From NCBI GenBank assembly GCA_964637885.1, contig CAZWXO010000001.1, positions 111 through 64,110 of the forward strand: a stretch of DNA of 64,000 nt, in the 5' to 3' direction. Below, one piece after another: positions 19,269 to 28,063 of the stretch (position 1 is the stretch's first letter; each line of letters opens with the position of its first letter). Position numbers and translations under genes: made by a program. This DNA is from an uncultured bacterium. Lineage in GTDB: Bacteria > Bacillota > CAZWXO01. Below the pieces are notes generated by a model. It saw only the letters and a list, made by a program, of their open reading frames with translations. It searched no databases and was not told the origin of the DNA.

Positions 19269-20105
19269 ATGGATAGCAATCCTTATTTATTGTTTTTTTT
19301 GGGAAGTGGAGCTGCAATTTTCTGTGCCATTTTGGCCAGATATTTTTTATATCCGATGCTGTCAGCATGCCCTTATTTGCAACGACCCAATTACCGTCAG
19401 GAAATTGTTCCGATATCGGCCGGAATAATTTTTGTTTTTGCTGCGCTGCCGGTTCAAGCAGTTCTCTCAATCTATCAAATGCAAAACCGAACAATGTGGC
19501 TAACGTGGATGGCCTGTGTTTTGCTTTGTACTTTATTAGGTTTATTAGATGATATTGCTGGCAATCGTCATGACTCAGGTTTAAAAGGGCATTTGCGGGC
19601 TTTATTAAAAGAAGGTCGGCTCACGACTGGTGGGCTCAAAGCTGCAGGAGGTTTAATCATTGCTGTCTATGTTGCAGCACTTTTCACCCATAGTATTCTT
19701 GATTTCATGCTAGGTTCAGTTGCCGTTGCTCTATCAATTAATGTTATCAATATTTTTGACTTAAGACCCGGACGCGCTGGCAAGTCCTTTTTCTTTTTTT
19801 TGGCGCTAATTTTTCTTTTAGCGTCCTTCTCATGGGAGGTATTGAGCTATATTTTCCCGATTACAATTGCTCTACTGGTTTATTATCCCCTCGATGTGAA
19901 GGCACGTGCAATGATGGGGGATGCGGGGGCTAATGCCTTAGGGCTGTGCTTAGGTTTGACATCATTATGGTGCCTTTCTACTCTTTCTTTGTCGATTTAT
20001 GTACTTGTTTTATTCGTCATTCACGTAATTGCTGAAAAAAGTTCGATTACGGTAATCATCGAAAAAAATGCTTTGTTAAGAAAAATTGATCAGTTAGGAC
20101 GGTGA
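19269..20105 (+). CDS. Truncated MraY/WecA-family polyprenyl-phosphate sugar-1-phosphate transferase (PNPT, GT4 family), 278 aa
   Basis: Polytopic membrane protein with LLDDIAG (DD motif), NVINIFD and MGDAGANALGL, parallel to the MraY MGDTGSLALG. It is shorter than MraY/WecA and lacks the HHH loop. Confidence 0.65.
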   Translation: MDSNPYLLFFLGSGAAIFCAILARYFLYPMLSACPYLQRPNYRQEIVPISAGIIFVFAALPVQAVLSIYQMQNRTMWLTWMACVLLCTLLGLLDDIAGNRHDSGLKGHLRALLKEGRLTTGGLKAAGGLIIAVYVAALFTHSILDFMLGSVAVALSINVINIFDLRPGRAGKSFFFFLALIFLLASFSWEVLSYIFPITIALLVYYPLDVKARAMMGDAGANALGLCLGLTSLWCLSTLSLSIYVLVLFVIHVIAEKSSITVIIEKNALLRKIDQLGR

Positions 20106-20125
20106 GGAGTTTGGGAGTAAGGACG

Positions 20126-21235
20126 ATGGAAATAGTCGATACTTTTATGGAATTAGTGGCCATTGACTCGGAATCCTTTGCGGAAAGAGCTATGGCGGAT
20201 TATATTATCCAACGTCTGCGCGCTGCAGGTTGGCAGTGTGACGAAGATGACACGGGAAGCAAAATTGGAGGAAATGCAGGAAATATCTACGCTCGTTCAC
20301 CCGGCAATCTGCTGGCTGATAGCATAGTTATGATTGCACACATGGATCGAGTCAAACCTGGCAACAATGTCAAGGCTTGCATTTGCGATGGTCTGATTAG
20401 ATCTGATGGGTCAACGGTCCTCGGGGCGGATGATGCAGTGGGCATTGCTGTAATGTTGGGAATTGCCGATTACATCAGGGAGAATGATATTCAGGTGGCC
20501 CTGGAGTTTGTGTTTACAGTTGCAGAGGAGGTCGGCATTAAAGGCGCCAAATATTTTGATATGAACAAGGTCCAAGCTAGTTATGGATATACCTTTGATG
20601 CTGACGGTCCTGTAGGTACGGCAATTGTCGCTGCCCCGACTCATGTGCAATTTGTTGCCAATGTTGTCGGCAAGGCCGCTCATGCGGGGATTGCTCCGGA
20701 GAAAGGGATTAACGCGATCAAGATTGTCAGTCACGCTATCGCAGATATGAATATTGGAAGAATTTCTGAATATACTACAAGTAACGTAGGCACTGTGGCC
20801 GGTGGAGTCGCTACAAATATTATTCCTGCCGGGGTTGAAATACGAGGAGAGGTTCGGTCGCACCGCAAGCAGGAGCTAGAGGACAATCTAGCACACATCG
20901 AGGAGCAATTAAACAAAGCATGCCAGAAATTTAATGGTAGTTTTTCAATGGATATGGAAACAGCTTATTTTTCATTCAGAATGGATGAAGACTCAGAGGT
21001 TATTAAATTATTCCAGGAAGCTTGCGGCAGGGAAAATATCGAGTTTTGCACTGCTTGGAGTGGCGGAGGTAGTGACGCGAATATTTTTAATGCCAAAGGC
21101 AAAGAAATTCTGAATTTAGGCTCCGCTTTCCAGAAAATTCACAGCGTTGAAGAGTGTATAGCAATTAGCGATCTCGAAAATCTCTATCGCGTTGCGCTGC
21201 GTCTTGTCCTCCTACACATGGTAACGAATAAATGA
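20126..21235 (+). CDS. M20-family metallopeptidase (peptidase T-like)
   Basis: HMDRV, GADDAVG and AEEVG metal-binding motifs typical of M20/PepT; ATG 20126 is preceded by GGGAGTAAGGA. The track GTG 20102 overlaps the upstream stop. Confidence 0.7.
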   Translation: MEIVDTFMELVAIDSESFAERAMADYIIQRLRAAGWQCDEDDTGSKIGGNAGNIYARSPGNLLADSIVMIAHMDRVKPGNNVKACICDGLIRSDGSTVLGADDAVGIAVMLGIADYIRENDIQVALEFVFTVAEEVGIKGAKYFDMNKVQASYGYTFDADGPVGTAIVAAPTHVQFVANVVGKAAHAGIAPEKGINAIKIVSHAIADMNIGRISEYTTSNVGTVAGGVATNIIPAGVEIRGEVRSHRKQELEDNLAHIEEQLNKACQKFNGSFSMDMETAYFSFRMDEDSEVIKLFQEACGRENIEFCTAWSGGGSDANIFNAKGKEILNLGSAFQKIHSVEECIAISDLENLYRVALRLVLLHMVTNK

Positions 21236-22314
21236 ATTTATCATTGCGGGTCGGTGCAGTTTTAAGCATCGTTGAGGAAAGCGCAGACAAAATTGAATGT
21301 ACCGTGGAAATCGATGGTAAATCTTGCAAAGCCATCGCTTACCCTGGCATGGTACAAGAAGTTTCACCTGGTGATCAAGTTTTATTGAATACTACTGCGG
21401 TTGAAATGGGGCTGGGTACCGGGGGATTTCATTATGTTGTTAGCAATCTCGGTGCACCGGAATTAAAGGTTTCTGGACCTGGTCACATCATGAAATTGCG
21501 CTATACTCCAATGCAGATAAAAACATGTTGCGGTGAAGAAATGCTTGAATATCAAGAGCTTTTTAATCAGCAGGAAGGCATTGCCGGGTTACCGGTCGTC
21601 GCCCTAAATTTGCACAGTCAGCTTCCTTATGCTGTAGCTGGAATAAAATCCTTGCGCCCTCAGGCTCGAGTAGTATATATCCAAACGGACGGAGCTGCGC
21701 TACCTGTTGGCTTTAGCAAAATTGTTGCGGCCATGAAGGAAAATAGCATGCTTAACGGTGTTATTTCGTGTGGACATGCCTTTGGAGGCGACGTTGAAGC
21801 TGTCAACGTGTATTCGGCTTTGATTTTAGCTAAGGTTTCTTTGCAGGCAGATGTTGTGGTTGTGGGAATGGGACCGGGCATCGTAGGAACAGGCACATGG
21901 CTAGGTTTTACGGGTGTTGAGCAGGCAGATATTATGCACGCGGTGCAGGCTTTGGAAGGTATTCCGATTGCGGTCTGTCGGATTGGTTTTTCGGATAGTC
22001 GTCCCAGACATAATGGACTTAGTCATCATTCCCAAACTGTTTTAGGCAAACTGTTGCTGTGCGAGGTAAATCTTGTTTTGCCACCGATGGAGAGAGATAA
22101 ATATCAACAGGTTTATGCGGATCTAGAAAAGTGTGGTGCCGTTGCTAAGCATAGATTGCATCTACGGCAGGTGGATTTTGCTTTGGCATTATTAAAGGAT
22201 TTCCCCATAAAGATAACTACAATGGGCAGGGACTACTCTAAAGAGCCCGATTTCTTCAATGCAGCTGTAGCGGCGGGAATTTTTGCCGGAGAGAAGGTAA
22301 ACCCAAATGGATGA
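21232..22314 (+). CDS. Conserved hypothetical protein (possibly DUF3866-like): N-terminal small beta-barrel-like region plus a Gly-rich Rossmann-like region
   Basis: Long ORF translationally coupled to its flanks (ATGA overlaps). I recognised no catalytic motif; the family assignment is from memory only. Confidence 0.4.
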   Translation: MNLSLRVGAVLSIVEESADKIECTVEIDGKSCKAIAYPGMVQEVSPGDQVLLNTTAVEMGLGTGGFHYVVSNLGAPELKVSGPGHIMKLRYTPMQIKTCCGEEMLEYQELFNQQEGIAGLPVVALNLHSQLPYAVAGIKSLRPQARVVYIQTDGAALPVGFSKIVAAMKENSMLNGVISCGHAFGGDVEAVNVYSALILAKVSLQADVVVVGMGPGIVGTGTWLGFTGVEQADIMHAVQALEGIPIAVCRIGFSDSRPRHNGLSHHSQTVLGKLLLCEVNLVLPPMERDKYQQVYADLEKCGAVAKHRLHLRQVDFALALLKDFPIKITTMGRDYSKEPDFFNAAVAAGIFAGEKVNPNG

Positions 22315-22849
22315 GCGCACCATCGAACGTGAAGTGATATATTCAGGGAAAATAATTAGCTTGCATCGGGACAAAGTAATGCTTGATAATGGGCATGTAA
22401 CTTATCGTGAAGTCGTAACTCATCCGGGGGCAACGTGCGTTTTGCCGTGGAGTGCGGGACGGATTACTTTGGTGCAACAATACCGCAAGCCTGTTGAAGA
22501 AAATCTGTGGGAGATTCCAGCCGGCAAGTTAGAGCCAGGCGAGGATCCCCTGGAAAGTGCACAGAGGGAGCTATTGGAGGAAACAGGCCTACAGGCTCTA
22601 CAGATGCGATATTTAGGTAAATTTTATACTTCACCCGGTTTTTCGAGTGAGGTAATGCATGCATATATCGCCACTGATTTAAAACAGGCCTTGTCGAATC
22701 CGGATGATGATGAATTGCTGAGTATTAGATCTTTTTCTGTGGAGGAATTTGAGGAAATGATAAATGGCCAGAAAATATTAGATGGAAAAACTCTTCTGAC
22801 TTATTATCTGGCCAAGGTCGCTTTGGGTGAGGAGTTTGACTGGAAATGA
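22307..22849 (+). CDS. nudF: NUDIX hydrolase (ADP-ribose pyrophosphatase NudF-like)
   Basis: Nudix box GKLEPGEDPLESAQRELLEETG. Confidence 0.85.
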   Translation: MDERTIEREVIYSGKIISLHRDKVMLDNGHVTYREVVTHPGATCVLPWSAGRITLVQQYRKPVEENLWEIPAGKLEPGEDPLESAQRELLEETGLQALQMRYLGKFYTSPGFSSEVMHAYIATDLKQALSNPDDDELLSIRSFSVEEFEEMINGQKILDGKTLLTYYLAKVALGEEFDWK

Positions 22850-23553
22850 AAGCTCACAATATAAAAAACTGTCAACTTCATGAGCCGGCGATAATGATGG
22901 ACATGAATGCTAGCGGTGCGATGCGAGCCGCACTACGCGGTGATGTCGTCCTTATTGTGGATGTTATCGACATGTCGACATCGGCGGAGGCATTGTTGGA
23001 GCAAGGGCCTCTGGCCTTGTTTGGCGCAGCACTGGATTCAAGCTGTCCACCGGTTGCTGTTAACCCTTGGGGCATTGGCAAGTTGGCTAGTGAGCTCGCC
23101 AATGCAAATGGCGTTAACGTAGTTGTTGTTGCTGAGCCCCGTACAGACGAGATCAAAAGAATAGCAAGTATTTCGCAGCTATTGGCGGGTATAAAGTATG
23201 GCGGAGCGAAATACAGTGGGCCTTTCCCGAATATGGGATCTGAATTGGGGCAACTTGTTGATGCAGCAGGGCAAGTTGTCGTCATCGCTTCAGCTACTGG
23301 GGGAGTCGCCTGGGATGCGGCTCATTTGCACGGAGCTGCCTCTGTATTAACGGGGACTATTGCGCGGACAGTTGGCAAAAAAGGAGCGACCCCTGCGGAA
23401 ACCGCAGCTAGGCGTATTCTTGATGCGGCCCTGGCGCATCGCGTTGACATTTCTGTCATCGCTGCCAGTGGTAATTCTCTGGAGGATATTCTTGCATCCC
23501 AATATATTTACACGATTGTCAGGCAAAAATTAGCTGCTATGTCCAATGAATAA
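22846..23553 (+). CDS. Putative 2-phosphosulfolactate phosphatase family protein (ComB/YitC-like)
   Basis: VLIVDVIDMSTSAEALL resembles the ComB-family DVLRA(S/T)T N-terminal motif; length is about 235 aa. The assignment is tentative. Confidence 0.4.
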   Translation: MKAHNIKNCQLHEPAIMMDMNASGAMRAALRGDVVLIVDVIDMSTSAEALLEQGPLALFGAALDSSCPPVAVNPWGIGKLASELANANGVNVVVVAEPRTDEIKRIASISQLLAGIKYGGAKYSGPFPNMGSELGQLVDAAGQVVVIASATGGVAWDAAHLHGAASVLTGTIARTVGKKGATPAETAARRILDAALAHRVDISVIAASGNSLEDILASQYIYTIVRQKLAAMSNE

Positions 23554-24484
23554 AACTGAGGATTACAGTTATATTCAGGAATTTATCGACTACCTCATCG
23601 CCGAGCGAGGATTAAGTCTTAATACGACGGATGCTTATGCCCGAGATTTGCGACGATTAAACAAATATCGCAGCGAGCTTGACCAGAAATCTTTACTGGA
23701 GCTTGAGGGGCGCGATATTAGTCGCTATATTTGGTATTTAAATGCGGCAGGATACTCATCAACTTCGGTAGCGCGGGCATTAGCTGCTATCAAATCTTTT
23801 TATAATTATTTGTATCGCAATCGCGTTATTACCCAGCTGCCGACCTCATCTCTTCAATCTCCGAAGCTACCTCAAAAACTACCATCGGTGCTTTCAGTTG
23901 GGGAAGCTTCGCTTTTGCTCGAAAGCATACACGCCCTAGATGCTGTGACCTGCCGCGATCGTGCCATGCTGGAAGTATTGTACGGCACCGGGTTGCGTGT
24001 CAGTGAATTAGTCGGGCTAAGGGTCGAGGATTTGTGTCTGGAGTTGTCTTACTTACGGTGCCATGGGAAAGGCAACAAGGAAAGAATTGTGCCCTTGGGA
24101 AAACAAGCGGTTGTGTATCTTAAAAAATATCTGGATTATTTCAGACCGATTCTGTTGGAGGGGTTTGATAGCGAAATTTTGTTTGTCGGAGCAAAGGGTA
24201 AAAATATCACTAGGCAATTTTTCTGGCATCAGCTAAAAAAATACGCTGTCGAAGCCGGACTTGAAAAAAATATAAGTCCGCACACATTGCGCCACTCGTT
24301 TGCAACACATTTGGTCGAGGGTGGAGCAGATTTACGCTCAGTCCAAGAGATGTTAGGCCATGCTGATATTTCAACGACGCAAGTGTATACCCATGTTTCC
24401 GGAGCTAGACTAAAAGCGGTCTATAATAATAGTCACCCGAGGGCTAAGTTTAATCATAAGGAGGAGCGGAAAGATGACAATTGA
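23546..24484 (+). CDS. xerD: Tyrosine site-specific recombinase XerD/XerC
   Basis: N-terminal SAM-like domain and the catalytic RHSFATHLVEGGADLRSVQEMLGHADISTTQVYTHV box (R-H-R-Y). Confidence 0.9.
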   Translation: MNKTEDYSYIQEFIDYLIAERGLSLNTTDAYARDLRRLNKYRSELDQKSLLELEGRDISRYIWYLNAAGYSSTSVARALAAIKSFYNYLYRNRVITQLPTSSLQSPKLPQKLPSVLSVGEASLLLESIHALDAVTCRDRAMLEVLYGTGLRVSELVGLRVEDLCLELSYLRCHGKGNKERIVPLGKQAVVYLKKYLDYFRPILLEGFDSEILFVGAKGKNITRQFFWHQLKKYAVEAGLEKNISPHTLRHSFATHLVEGGADLRSVQEMLGHADISTTQVYTHVSGARLKAVYNNSHPRAKFNHKEERKDDN

Positions 24485-25325
24485 GAAATGGGAAGATCAA
24501 AACCGCAAAATTGATCAGGCAGCGAGTTATATCAATGAAGCTACTGGGGGATTGTCGGTAAAAATGGCTTTAGTCGCGGGTTCAGGGCTTGAGGGATTGA
24601 GCGAAGAATTAGAGCTAGTCAGGAATATACCTTTTGCGGAGATACCGCACATGAAAAAATCAGGTGTCCAGGGGCATGCCGGCGAGCTGAAGATAGGTTA
24701 TTTTTCGGGTATTCCAGTCATCATAGCTTCAGGAAGGTTGCACTATTATGAAGGACATTCGATGCAGGAAGTTACATTTTTAACACGGGTCATGGCGCGA
24801 TTAGGAGTAGAGACGTTGGTGCTGACCAATGCTTCGGGAGGCATAAACTCAAAATTTTCGGCTGGAAGTATGATGTTGATCTCAGATCATCTGAATTTGA
24901 TGCATGATAATCCGCTGCGCGGTCCCTTGCAGGAACAAGACGGTCCGAGGTTTCCTGACATGCACAATGCCTACGACAAAGATTTGCGCGAAAAAATGCA
25001 GGCCATTGCTTTACAAAAAGGAATCACCTTGCATGAAGGGGTCTACGTCGCACTCTCAGGCCCAAATTATGAAACGCCGGCGGAAATACGCATGCTAAAA
25101 ACCATGGGGGCAGACGCGGTTGGCATGTCGACAGTTCCTGAAGTCATTGTCGCTCGTCAGTGCGGCATCAGGATTCTGGCTATCTCACACATTGCTAATC
25201 CTGCGGCTGGTATGGGGGAAGGGGTCATTAGTCACGCCGAAGTACTGCAAGCTGGTCGTGCAGCAGCGGCTAAGACGATGATTTTGCTGCGGGAATTAAT
25301 CAAAGATTTAGGTCAGTTAGAGTAA
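24474..25325 (+). CDS. punA: Purine nucleoside phosphorylase I (PunA/PNP, trimeric type)
   Basis: PNP family 2 motifs (GSGLEGL, VGMSTVPE); length 283 aa. Confidence 0.88.
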   Translation: MTIEKWEDQNRKIDQAASYINEATGGLSVKMALVAGSGLEGLSEELELVRNIPFAEIPHMKKSGVQGHAGELKIGYFSGIPVIIASGRLHYYEGHSMQEVTFLTRVMARLGVETLVLTNASGGINSKFSAGSMMLISDHLNLMHDNPLRGPLQEQDGPRFPDMHNAYDKDLREKMQAIALQKGITLHEGVYVALSGPNYETPAEIRMLKTMGADAVGMSTVPEVIVARQCGIRILAISHIANPAAGMGEGVISHAEVLQAGRAAAAKTMILLRELIKDLGQLE

Positions 25326-27043
25326 GCTATTTCTAACTCCTTAATTATTGATGCTTCCGGGGTGACAAAAAATGTTTGTTGCCCACTATATATTACTTTG
25401 CCGGGCTTAGCTTTAGCGGGTTTTTTGACATTTTTGCGTTTAGTATAGTCGACAGGAACGTTACTGCCGCTTTTCCCTTTGCTGTTGTAGGCGGCGATCA
25501 TGGCGGCGTATTTGACATTTTCCTCGGAAAGTTTATTCTCCTTGACAAACAAAATGACGTGGGAGCCTGGGAAATCCTTGGCATGAAACCACCAATGCTC
25601 TTTGTCTGCCAAGCGCAAAGTCAACAAATCGTTCTCAATATTATTTCTCCCGGCAAAAGCCTCGGAGCCGTTTGGGAGTTTGTATCGTCGGTAGAGACTT
25701 TGGCTTGGTTTGGCTTCCTTTGATAGAGTTGGGCTTGATTTACCACCAAATATTTCTTCATACAGTAGCTCTAGCTCGTGAAGGTCGCTAGCGTTTTCTA
25801 ACACATACTCTACTTCAGACAGATATGCTAATTCAGCATTAATTTCTTCAATTATTTTTACGGAAGCTTCTTTGGTTCGTTTTTCCTTACTGTATTGCTT
25901 ATAATATTTTTGTGCATTTTGGGGTAGGGAGATTTCCGGGTTGACGTCGATTGTATAGAACTGTGGTGATTCTTCATACAGGTTAGGGATTTCGACAGAT
26001 TGATCTTGAACGGCTTGATGAGGAAAGGCCAGCAAATGTTCGGCCAAGATGCGTTTCAATTCGATTTCGCTGTCTTTTTTAACTCCTGCACTAACTTTTA
26101 TTAGCTTCTCTTTTAGATTGGATTTATTTTTTTGGATGAAACGCAATATGTCGCTTTGCAGCCTGTTGATGCGCCGCTGCTCCATTTGCAGTTTGTAAAA
26201 TGTTTGCAGGGCAAAGAGACATTCCGATGATTGGATAATGCACAGCGGTGTTGGTGGCATAGCGCTCAAAGTGAGGGTAATATTGTCTTTCTCGATGCAA
26301 ATGCATTGAGCATTGCTCAAGTTGGTAAAGTACCATAGGATTGCATTGATGATTTTTTGCAGCTTATCTGGATCCGAGGAAAAATTAAATTTCGAGTCTT
26401 CTCCTGCGCTTGATAGGAATCGTCTTGCCATGTATCGATTAATACCACTAACACTACCTTGGATAGCTTGAATCATATTTAAATCGTCGGCATTCTTTGT
26501 AAAGTAATCGAGGTAATAATTAAAATCGGCATCGAAAGGGTTTTGCTTTTTTGTGTCTGGTGGTGGCGCGTAAATTGCAGTTGGTAAAATTGTACGAAAA
26601 GAGTTTACTGATGGCGGAATTCTGCGCAAGCAATCCAGAATAACGTTAGTATCTGTCAACAGAATAATATTGCTGTTTTTTCCAGTTAGCTCGATGATGA
26701 GTCGGAAATCCTCTCGTGTGCCGTACTCTGTCTGCTTGCTGGCTTCAAAACATACTATCTTATCCATGTTAAGCTGTGAAATGCGATTAATGAAACCACC
26801 TTGCAACTTTTTGCGCATTAGCAAAAGAAAGGCATTGGCAGATTCATTAATTTTTTGTGGTTTGTCGATGGGAAAAATGCCGGCTAAGTCCGGCTGGGTG
26901 CTGATTGCTAAAAAAACTGTCTCTTTCTTTAACCGACATTCGAAAACAATCGTGTTATTCTCGCCCTGAGTGATTCGATTTATACGAAACGGCGCAAATT
27001 TTTGTAACTGGCAGGCGAGAAGAAATATAATTCCATTTTCCAT
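25313..27043 (-). CDS. rqcH: Ribosome quality control protein RqcH (Rqc2/NEMF homologue; FbpA N-terminal, NFACT-R C-terminal)
   Basis: NFACT-N region, coiled coil, and a C-terminal DUF814/NFACT-R motif (HWWFHAKDFPGSHVIL); RBS GAGGAG before the ATG. Its 3' end overlaps punA convergently by 13 nt. Confidence 0.85.
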   Translation of the reverse strand: MENGIIFLLACQLQKFAPFRINRITQGENNTIVFECRLKKETVFLAISTQPDLAGIFPIDKPQKINESANAFLLLMRKKLQGGFINRISQLNMDKIVCFEASKQTEYGTREDFRLIIELTGKNSNIILLTDTNVILDCLRRIPPSVNSFRTILPTAIYAPPPDTKKQNPFDADFNYYLDYFTKNADDLNMIQAIQGSVSGINRYMARRFLSSAGEDSKFNFSSDPDKLQKIINAILWYFTNLSNAQCICIEKDNITLTLSAMPPTPLCIIQSSECLFALQTFYKLQMEQRRINRLQSDILRFIQKNKSNLKEKLIKVSAGVKKDSEIELKRILAEHLLAFPHQAVQDQSVEIPNLYEESPQFYTIDVNPEISLPQNAQKYYKQYSKEKRTKEASVKIIEEINAELAYLSEVEYVLENASDLHELELLYEEIFGGKSSPTLSKEAKPSQSLYRRYKLPNGSEAFAGRNNIENDLLTLRLADKEHWWFHAKDFPGSHVILFVKENKLSEENVKYAAMIAAYNSKGKSGSNVPVDYTKRKNVKKPAKAKPGKVIYSGQQTFFVTPEASIIKELEIAYSN

Positions 27044-27197
27044 TTGTAACGCTCCTCTGCTTATTCAATCAACATGATGGAGTTTAATAATTAAAAAGTC
27101 AATTCATAAAAAAAAGAATGTCGGCACTATACTTTTGTTGCGGTAAAAATCCCCCAGTGTTAGAATTAAAGTTAATCTTAAAACAGGAGAAAAAATA

Positions 27198-28031
27198 ATG
27201 CATTTTTATAAGTATCATGGAATCGGCAATGATTTTATCATTTACGATGCTGTCAATACACGGATTGATCCTGTTTTCTTTAGCAAAGAAAATGTTCAGA
27301 GGATATGTCATCGCCATTTTGGTATTGGTGGGGATGGAATTCTTTTGGTTTCAAAGGGCCAATCAGAAGGAGCCTTTGCGATGCGATTGTTTAATAGCGA
27401 TGGTTCTGAGGGAGAGATGTGCGGCAATGGTATTCGTTGTGTTGCTGCTTTTATTTTTGATCGCATCGAGAAGGCAAAATCCTATCGAATAGAAACTCTA
27501 GCCGGCGTTAAAGTAATTGACATGCGTGAATACAGAGATGGATTAATCAGTGTTAATATGGGTAAGCCTATTTTTGACGCGGAAAATATACCGACGATAG
27601 CTACTTTAAGCAAAGCCAATCAAGGGTTTTTTGAAGAGCAAGATTATGCTTTCGAATTCTTTATTCTTTCAACTGGTGTACCACACTGCGTCATTTTTCT
27701 TCCCGAACTTGATCGAGATTTGATTGCAAAAATTGCCCCAATGATTGAGCGGCATCGGTTTTTCCCGGAAGGGGCAAATGTAAATTTTGCTAAACTTGTG
27801 GATCGGAGCAGAGCCCAAATAATCGTCTGGGAGAGGGGTGCTGGCTTTACCTTGGCCTGCGGAACTGGTGCGTGTGCCGTCGCCGTTGCAGGGGTGCTTT
27901 CTGGCAAGATGGAGCGGGCAATGACTGCAGTGTTGCCTGGTGGCGAGCTGTCAATTTTGTGGCAAGATGATGGAGATGCTATTATGAGGGGAAAGGCCTC
28001 GTATGTTTTTGAGGCTGACTTGGCGCTGTAG
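27198..28031 (+). CDS. dapF: Diaminopimelate epimerase DapF
   Basis: HGIGNDF and CGNGIRC active-site cysteine motifs. Confidence 0.92.
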   Translation: MHFYKYHGIGNDFIIYDAVNTRIDPVFFSKENVQRICHRHFGIGGDGILLVSKGQSEGAFAMRLFNSDGSEGEMCGNGIRCVAAFIFDRIEKAKSYRIETLAGVKVIDMREYRDGLISVNMGKPIFDAENIPTIATLSKANQGFFEEQDYAFEFFILSTGVPHCVIFLPELDRDLIAKIAPMIERHRFFPEGANVNFAKLVDRSRAQIIVWERGAGFTLACGTGACAVAVAGVLSGKMERAMTAVLPGGELSILWQDDGDAIMRGKASYVFEADLAL

Positions 28032-28063
28032 GATAAATAAATAAAAATAGAAGGGTGCAAAGA

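Noticed and set aside
25376-26969. Plus-strand ORFs (115 aa and 99 aa) inside the minus-strand rqcH gene
   Set aside because: They lie antisense within a 576-aa gene that shows NFACT-N/NFACT-R conservation along its whole length. They have no RBS.
27044-27197. A 154-nt divergent intergenic region between rqcH on the minus strand and dapF on the + strand, checked for repeats or regulatory RNA
   Set aside because: It has only AT-rich promoter-like sequence and a strong dapF RBS (AACAGGAGAAAA). I see no conserved structure or repeat.
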